Positions 58,564 through 64,000 of a stretch of 64,000 bases of DNA are shown in pieces. The stretch comes from an uncultured Methylomirabilota bacterium (GTDB lineage Bacteria; Methylomirabilota; Methylomirabilia; Methylomirabilales; 2-02-FULL-66-22), in NCBI GenBank assembly GCA_963705305.1, contig OY970067.1, forward strand, positions 2,752,001 to 2,816,000, in the 5' to 3' direction. The translations under genes were made by a program, and so were the position numbers. The notes under the pieces were generated by a model that searched no databases, was not told the origin of the DNA, and was given only the letters and a program-made list of their open reading frames with translations. The stretch's first letter is position 1; the number at the start of each line of letters is the position of its first letter.

Positions 58564-58758
58564 TCAAGAGCGAAGTGCCTCCAGCGTCCCCGTGGAGACG
58601 GGCTCCCGATCTTGATGTCGGCCGCCGACCAGCCGCCGAAGTTCCTCCACGGCCGGGGAAATCTTGGCGAAGAGCAGGGCGGCCTGACGCTCTTCCCGGC
58701 CATCCAAGCCACAAAGTTGGACTTGAACCCTTTTCGGGGTTACGGTGATGAACACCAT
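58564..58758 (-). CDS. Small hypothetical protein, 64 aa
   Basis: AGGGGG RBS; fills the gap in the minus-strand gene run. Confidence 0.5.
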   Translation of the reverse strand: MVFITVTPKRVQVQLCGLDGREERQAALLFAKISPAVEELRRLVGGRHQDREPVSTGTLEALRS

Positions 58759-58824
58759 ATTCGATCACCCCCTATAAGGGGGAATCGCTGGGCGGAGGAA
58801 AAATGTAAAGGGCTGTCGTCTTTT

Positions 58825-59877
58825 TTAGGAAGGATCGGTCAGGGGGGAGAGTTTCGCGAGTTTGCTCAACTTGGAAAGATAATTGTGGATCGTCTGCCGG
58901 GTCGTCTTGTGCCGCTTGGCCACCTCTTCCCACGTCAGGCCAGTAGTGTAATAGTCCAGAATCGCGTTTTCCACCTGGACAGGGACCTGCGCCTTCTCGA
59001 TAAGGTGGGCAAGCGTGATTCGGTCCTCTGTCCCCAAAAGTTCATCAGGGGCAATAGGCGTGTACGCCTCGGGGCGATTTTCTGTCCCTTCCTCTGTTGC
59101 CTCGGGCTCGTCTATCACCTGTACTTTATCAGGGAATGAGAGCGGGTTACGCCGTTCATGCTTGAAGTTGTCTATCAAGTCACGTTTAACGCCGATTTTG
59201 AGGTCCCGCGCATCAAGGGCTGGGGCCAACCTGTCGGTAATCAAACGGACGATTTGCGGCCACACCCCGGAGATCTGCTTCTCCCACAACTCAGCCTCGC
59301 TCGCCGCAAGGGGAAGCGGAAAGGAAGGGTGCGGTCCCGCCTCAAGGGCTGTGGAATCGCTGGCGGGGGCCTTAAGGAATTCCAGTACTGTAGCGAAGGC
59401 CTCCTGGTGTCGGTCTTTCTCGTCCCATTCCAGGCAATCGGCGCTCGTGGGGGTAAAGGGCCTTACGCCCATCCACCTTGCCAGCCGCTTCAAATCATCC
59501 GTGTCCGGATCTATCCCCGCCAATTGGATGGCGAAGACAAGCCGCAGGGCCACAGGCTTCTTGTCGAGGCGGGCCCAGTACTCCTCCAAGAGTGACAGTT
59601 GGTGTTCTTGGCATGCGACCAATAGGGCGAAGAGGCGCGGCTCGTAGTAGAGGCGACAAAGCTCTTTGATCTTAACGGGGGTGAGGTCGCCCGACGCTTC
59701 CAGTAGTGCTTGCCACTCGGCTTGTGTCGTTGCCGGCCAGCGGCCGGAGCCACGGAAAAGCACCAGACCGACCGCGAACGTTTCAATGAGTCGCTGCCGG
59801 AATATCCGCTCGAGGAAATCCCGGCTGGAGTCTTGAGGAAACCCGCCAACATATGGACATGGGGGAATTTCTATCAT
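58825..59877 (-). CDS. Hypothetical protein with ECF-sigma-like C-terminal regions (HTH)
   Basis: GGGAGG RBS; GVKRDLIDNFKHERR (region 2-like); ILDYYTTGLTWEEVAKRHKTTRQTIHNYL (region 4-like HTH). Confidence 0.6.
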   Translation of the reverse strand: MIEIPPCPYVGGFPQDSSRDFLERIFRQRLIETFAVGLVLFRGSGRWPATTQAEWQALLEASGDLTPVKIKELCRLYYEPRLFALLVACQEHQLSLLEEYWARLDKKPVALRLVFAIQLAGIDPDTDDLKRLARWMGVRPFTPTSADCLEWDEKDRHQEAFATVLEFLKAPASDSTALEAGPHPSFPLPLAASEAELWEKQISGVWPQIVRLITDRLAPALDARDLKIGVKRDLIDNFKHERRNPLSFPDKVQVIDEPEATEEGTENRPEAYTPIAPDELLGTEDRITLAHLIEKAQVPVQVENAILDYYTTGLTWEEVAKRHKTTRQTIHNYLSKLSKLAKLSPLTDPS

Positions 59878-59965
59878 ACGTTCCTCCCGCAGGAGTCCCG
59901 ATGGGATCCCCGGCCAGGCCGTCGGGAACGGCTTTTCGGGAGCGACCCTAGGCCGGGGGGCTCTT

Positions 59966-60475
59966 CTACCGATGGGCCAGCGCTGCCGGGGACAAGATAA
60001 CCTTCGCCGGCCGCCGCTCCCGTTTACGCTCGATCGAGCGGAGGGCGTCTCGAATCTGCCGCAGGTGCGGAGGGAGATCCTTCCCATTGCCCGGGACACT
60101 CCACACGCCGAAGATCAGCCGGATCAGGCGCTCGCTGGGAGGCCCAATCGGCTCTCCGCCGGTCTCCCACCGGGTCACGCTCTCGCGCCGGACCCCCATG
60201 AGTTCGGCCAATTCCTTAGTAGTCAGCCCCATCTGCTTCCTGAGAAACCGGCACTCAGAGCCCCGAAGAGGGAGAAGTTGCTGGGCTAACCAATCCGCGA
60301 TCCATTGGTGCAACCGGAGAGGGTTGGGAAATTCGGGGTACTCTGCGCCACACTTCCGGCACCGGTAGACGGTGATCCCTCTGAGCCACAGGTCGGGGAT
60401 CCCGCTCTCTGGGTAAGGGACTGTCTGGTTCCGTCGGGCTCGCATCCGCGTGCCGCACTCTGGGCACCGCATCAT
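59966..60475 (-). CDS. MqsA/YgiT-type antitoxin (Zn ribbon + Xre HTH)
   Basis: CPECG...CRKCG; RFLRKQMGLTTKELAELMGV..VTRWETG. Confidence 0.88.
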   Translation of the reverse strand: MMRCPECGTRMRARRNQTVPYPESGIPDLWLRGITVYRCRKCGAEYPEFPNPLRLHQWIADWLAQQLLPLRGSECRFLRKQMGLTTKELAELMGVRRESVTRWETGGEPIGPPSERLIRLIFGVWSVPGNGKDLPPHLRQIRDALRSIERKRERRPAKVILSPAALAHR

Positions 60476-60498
60476 GGCTTCTTCTCCTCCTGAATACC

Positions 60499-60831
60499 TC
60501 AGTACGCCGTGACCAGAATCAAGCGGAAGTTTTCCTGTTCAATGCAGACGACCACGTGAAGTTCCGAGCCTTCCACGTCCGTCCCCGCGACCTCGTAGGT
60601 GTAGGTTCGGTAACCAGCCTTCCACTGGCCTGGGCGATTGACAGTTCCGTGCTCTAGGACATGGTTCACGTCCCCCATGTCCGCGTTGGCCTTGCCGAGT
60701 TCGCGTCCAAAGTGTTCGGTCCTGCTGAAGGTGCCGCCTTCGAGGAAGATGTGTCGTATGATTTCGGTTGCGTGCGCGGGAGTCAAGGGCGGGGGATGGT
60801 CCCCCGGGTGCCCCTTTGACCGGTTCATCAT
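60499..60831 (-). CDS. DUF4258-family putative toxin
   Basis: TEHF, DVNHVLEHG, YEVAG.D..G.ELHVVV, C-terminal LVTAY; upstream of the MqsA-like gene. Confidence 0.75.
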   Translation of the reverse strand: MMNRSKGHPGDHPPPLTPAHATEIIRHIFLEGGTFSRTEHFGRELGKANADMGDVNHVLEHGTVNRPGQWKAGYRTYTYEVAGTDVEGSELHVVVCIEQENFRLILVTAY

Positions 60832-60978
60832 GACAGGCCTTATGTAACATTTCCGCACATCCCAGGTCAAGGAAAAAGAGCAGGACCCCGGGCGCACGGC
60901 GGGCAGCCGAACCCAAGGCCTCGGGAGGGCCTTTTCCTGTCGCGAACGGTAGGCCGGGGAGTGGCGGTCGCGCTAGGA

Positions 60979-61317
60979 TTACTCGGGCGCAAATCCTGCC
61001 TGCTGCATGCAGGCGCGGTACAGGTCATTTTCTGTCGATTGCCGGGCGATTTCAGTGAATACAGATAACCCAGCAGCCGCCCCCACAAGCGGCACGCTAC
61101 CGGCTTGGCCCGCTGATTGTTCTGCAGCGGCATTTCCGCGTTCGGTTGAGAGGTACTGCTGATTCGCGCTCGCCTCGGCCCAGATATGACACCGATTGTT
61201 TTCGATCACCCATGCCGAACTGCGGGACGGACCTGCGGCGCAGGAGACCAAGAGGGTTGCTAGGGTTATGTCTTGACATATCACGATGTACCACCGGATG
61301 CTGCGCCTTGGCTCCAT
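60979..61317 (-). CDS. Small putative lipoprotein
   Basis: GGAGG RBS; lipobox-like LVSC; Gly/Ala-rich helix; C...YRACMQQAGF. Confidence 0.6.
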   Translation of the reverse strand: MEPRRSIRWYIVICQDITLATLLVSCAAGPSRSSAWVIENNRCHIWAEASANQQYLSTERGNAAAEQSAGQAGSVPLVGAAAGLSVFTEIARQSTENDLYRACMQQAGFAPE

Positions 61318-61402
61318 GGTATCCTCCGATCCAATAATAGCCTTCACCCGCTCTCGCGGGGACGCGCACTGCACGACGCGTCCCTTGGTGGACGCATGAA
61401 GG

Positions 61403-61816
61403 CTATCGGCACGTGGTGTTGCCGAGCGGATCTGAACTGCACCGCAGGATGTTCCCATGGTTGTCGCGGTAGGTGCGATTCCCCAACGGATCGGTGGACT
61501 CGTGAATGGTGTTGCCGCGCTCGTCTCGATAGGTTTCGTTCCCCAAGGGGTCGCGGGAGCCCCGCCACGTACTACCCTGGTCATTGCGATACGTTCGATT
61601 CCCCAACGGATCGGTGGACTCGCGCGTCGTATTGCCCCTATCATCCCGCCATGTCTCGTTTCCGAGGGGGTCGCGGGAGCCCCGGATGGTGTTGCCGTGG
61701 CTGTCCCGACAGGTGGTGTTTCCGAGTGGATCGGTAGAGCAGCGAACTTGTGCTGCAGCCGGCACTGACAGAAGCGTGAGTACGAAAAGAATTATGACCC
61801 ACAGTCCCGGTTTCAT
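61403..61816 (-). CDS. Secreted tandem-repeat protein (six DPLGN repeats, 20-aa period)
   Basis: Signal peptide MKPGLWVIILFVLTLLSVPAAA; repeats SxDPLGNxTxR[DN]xxGxT; Cys pairs in the first and last repeat. Confidence 0.8.
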   Translation of the reverse strand: MKPGLWVIILFVLTLLSVPAAAQVRCSTDPLGNTTCRDSHGNTIRGSRDPLGNETWRDDRGNTTRESTDPLGNRTYRNDQGSTWRGSRDPLGNETYRDERGNTIHESTDPLGNRTYRDNHGNILRCSSDPLGNTTCR

Positions 61817-62000
61817 ATGAACCCCCTTTTCTGAGAAGGTCCAGCCCAGTCCGTTCCCGCGCGCACGGCGGATGCCTTCACGCTTCCGCCCCTCGCCTCT
61901 CTCTCCTCACCCAATCCACCCGACTCCCCCTCCGTCACGGGTCTTGTGGGCCCTCGTGTATAACATAGCGCAACCCCCGTGCAGACGCCAGGCCTCTTCG

Positions 62001-62324
62001 CTACTTGCTCTCCGGCGTAAGCGGTGGATCTGTCAGGCTCACGCCCCCGCCCCGCTTGGCCCGCTTCCGCCCCGCATCCCGCCGTTTGAATCGCCCCTTG
62101 TAGGCCTTCGCGCGCCCCCGCCACCAGTCCCGGGGAGCCTGCTGGACGGTGTACCACAGCCCGTCCCGCGTGACCTGCTCGACACTCAGTCGGTAGGCCC
62201 CCGCGATACCATGAAGCTGCCGGTACAGTTCCGGTTCGACCAGCGCCTTGACGTGGCGCCATCCCGCGGCCTGGCGCGCCCGCCGGGACTTCGGCTCTCC
62301 GCTCATGGTGTTCTCTGCCGTCAC
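62001..62324 (-). CDS. Small basic RHH-like hypothetical protein
   Basis: AAGGAGG RBS; RHVKALVEPELYRQL...LSVEQVTRDGL. Confidence 0.55.
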   Translation of the reverse strand: MTAENTMSGEPKSRRARQAAGWRHVKALVEPELYRQLHGIAGAYRLSVEQVTRDGLWYTVQQAPRDWWRGRAKAYKGRFKRRDAGRKRAKRGGGVSLTDPPLTPESK

Positions 62325-62694
62325 GCCCAAACCTCCTTGTGTGAGTTAGCGATTCGCCTACGTCCATGCCCGGCTCAGAATGCCCTCTTTTCTCCCTGTA
62401 GGATCAGCGTAGAGCCGGGAATTTTCGACGATCTCCCCTGACCCGCTACCTCCCTAGCCGTCCGGGGGGGGTGACCCTGGAAATTTTGTGTGGGTGGCGG
62501 ACCAAAGGGGGGTCCGCGTATGCGCTGTTTCGGCCTTTTGCCCTCATAGAAAATCCGCCTTGCTCCCGGATGCCCCCCGCGCCTCCGGCGGCCCTCGCCG
62601 ATTCCGGTTGCGCGGGGGTTGCGTCCTGTGCTATGAAATGCCGTCCTTTGCAATCCCAGCCCCGTAAGTTCTCGTTGCCAGACCCACCCTTTTT

Positions 62695-62709
62695 TTGGAT
62701 TGCAATTTC
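62695..62709 (+). repeat. Right att core TTGGATTGCAATTTC
   Basis: Identical to 51410-51424. Confidence 0.8.
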
Positions 62710-62728
62710 CACATAGCCTGCGTATAGT
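62700..62728 (+). promoter_or_regulatory. Putative sigma70 promoter of secD
   Basis: TTGCAA-N17-TATAGT. Confidence 0.65.
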
Positions 62729-62831
62729 ACCCCGGCGGTTCAACGACGCCGATCATCGGTCGCGGGCTAGGCGATGGGGCACCTTGGCCCCGCTCCCTTA
62801 GCCCGTGCGTCATTTCCTGGGAGGTCTTCCG

Positions 62832-64000
62832 GTGCGCAAACGGATCCGGGGTCGGATACTCCTGCTCCTCTTTACGACCCTTCTCGGGGTATATTATCTC
62901 CTCCCCAGCATCGCTCCGGTCGGCAGTCTGCCCTCCCTGTTTCCCGGCCTCCTCCCCCGGTCGGAGAAGGTGAATCTGGGCCTGGACTTGCAGGGTGGGA
63001 TGTATCTTGTCTTGGAGGTCCAGACACAGGTGGCGGTCCAGAACGCCACGGAGCGGCAGATGGAGGAGGTCCGGCGAGATCTGGAAAAGGCGCAGATCGG
63101 AATCGCCAGCCTCACGCGGGAGGGCGCGACGGGCATCCTCCTGAAAGTGGGGAAGGCGGAGGAGCGGGACAAGGCCCTGCAGGCCCTGGACGACTTGACG
63201 ACCATGGACAAGGTCCCCGGGGCGACACCAGCGGAGCTGCACCTGACCATGCAGCCGCGGGAGGCCAAGCGGATCGAGGATCTGGCGGTGCGCCAGAGCC
63301 TGGAGACGATTCGCAACCGCGTGGACCAGTTCGGCGTGACCGAGCCCATCATCGTTCCAGAGGGGGACCGCCGCATCGTGGTCCAGCTGCCCGGGATCAA
63401 GGACCCGCAGCGGGCCATCAATCTGATCGGGAAGACCGCCCTGCTGGAGTTGAAACTGGTGAACAACTCCGTCAATCCTGCGGATGTAGAGCAGGGCAAG
63501 GCGACGCTGCCGCCGGACTGCGAGCTCCTCTACGAGCGGGTGTTGAACGAAAGCAAGCAGGTAATCGGCCGGCGCCCCCTGGTGGTGTTCAAGAAGCCCA
63601 TTCTCACCGGATCGTCCCTGACCTCGGCCGAGGTCCGGCCGAACGACCAGGGTGGCTGGGTGGTGGCTTTCGAACTGGACCGTGAGGGCGCACGAATCTT
63701 CAGCGACTTCACCGGCGCCAACATCGGCCAGGAGTTGGCGATTGTTCTGGACAACACGGTGTACAGCGCGCCCGTGATCCGCTCCAAGATTTCCGAAGGG
63801 CGCGGCCAGATCGAGGGCGACTTCACGGCGGATAGCGCCCGGGACCTGGCCATCGTCCTGCGGGCCGGTGCCCTCCCTGCTCCCGTGCAGGTCATCGCCA
63901 ACCTCACGGTGGGGCCAACCCTGGGGCAGGACTCGATCCGGGCGGGTGTGCGTGCCGCCATCATGGCTGGTATCCTGGTCATCCTGCTGATGGGGTTCTA
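62832..64000 (+). CDS. secD: Protein translocase subunit SecD (5' part, runs off the window)
   Basis: GGAGG + GTG; NLGLDLQGG, IRNRVDQFGVTEP, IVVQLPG, LAIVLD, LRAGALPAP, VGPTLG. Confidence 0.95.
   Translation, partial: MRKRIRGRILLLLFTTLLGVYYLLPSIAPVGSLPSLFPGLLPRSEKVNLGLDLQGGMYLVLEVQTQVAVQNATERQMEEVRRDLEKAQIGIASLTREGATGILLKVGKAEERDKALQALDDLTTMDKVPGATPAELHLTMQPREAKRIEDLAVRQSLETIRNRVDQFGVTEPIIVPEGDRRIVVQLPGIKDPQRAINLIGKTALLELKLVNNSVNPADVEQGKATLPPDCELLYERVLNESKQVIGRRPLVVFKKPILTGSSLTSAEVRPNDQGGWVVAFELDREGARIFSDFTGANIGQELAIVLDNTVYSAPVIRSKISEGRGQIEGDFTADSARDLAIVLRAGALPAPVQVIANLTVGPTLGQDSIRAGVRAAIMAGILVILLMGF

Larger units (their letters stand above)
51410..62709 (-). mobile_element. Integrative phage-satellite-like element, 11.3 kb
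   Basis: 15-bp direct repeat TTGGATTGCAATTTC at both ends; terminal integrase; xis; primase-helicase; all resident genes on the minus strand. Confidence 0.85.

Noticed and set aside
61440..61740. 60/120-bp periodic DNA repeats resembling a CRISPR array
   Set aside because: They are in-frame coding repeats of the DPLGN protein, with no unique spacers and no cas genes.
51410..62709. Calling the element a prophage or ICE
   Set aside because: No capsid, terminase, portal, lysis, relaxase or conjugation genes are visible between the att repeats.

Overview
GC-rich bacterial chromosomal window. The gene style is compatible with an NC10/Methylomirabilota-like organism, but this is inference only. 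It has four blocks. (1) 0.3-15 kb: signalling and housekeeping genes, including a PAS/GAF HisKA_3 kinase with a NarL-type regulator, PilZ, a PflX-like radical SAM gene, polX, ggt, queG and yjbQ, plus a MITE-like element and gene relics. (2) 15.2-47.9 kb: a minus-strand Wzx/Wzy-type polysaccharide locus. Its head is unusual: a short ExeA-like ATPase, a degenerate HD-GYP protein, a Wzc paralog fused to a TM helix and a SPOR-like domain, Wza, and a second canonical Wzc. (3) 48.4-51.4 kb: a polyamine operon (speD, speE and a decarboxylase). (4) 51410-62709: an 11.3 kb capsid-less, satellite-like integrative element bounded by a 15-bp direct repeat that contains the -35 box of the secD promoter. 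The element carries an integrase, Xis, two RHH-like proteins, a prim-pol/D5 helicase with an iteron-like origin, an ECF-sigma-like protein, a DUF4258/MqsA-type TA pair and three exported proteins. One of these is a signal-peptide-bearing, tail-fibre-like gene split by an intact IS1380-family element. secD runs off the right edge. No rRNA, tRNA or CRISPR array was seen.
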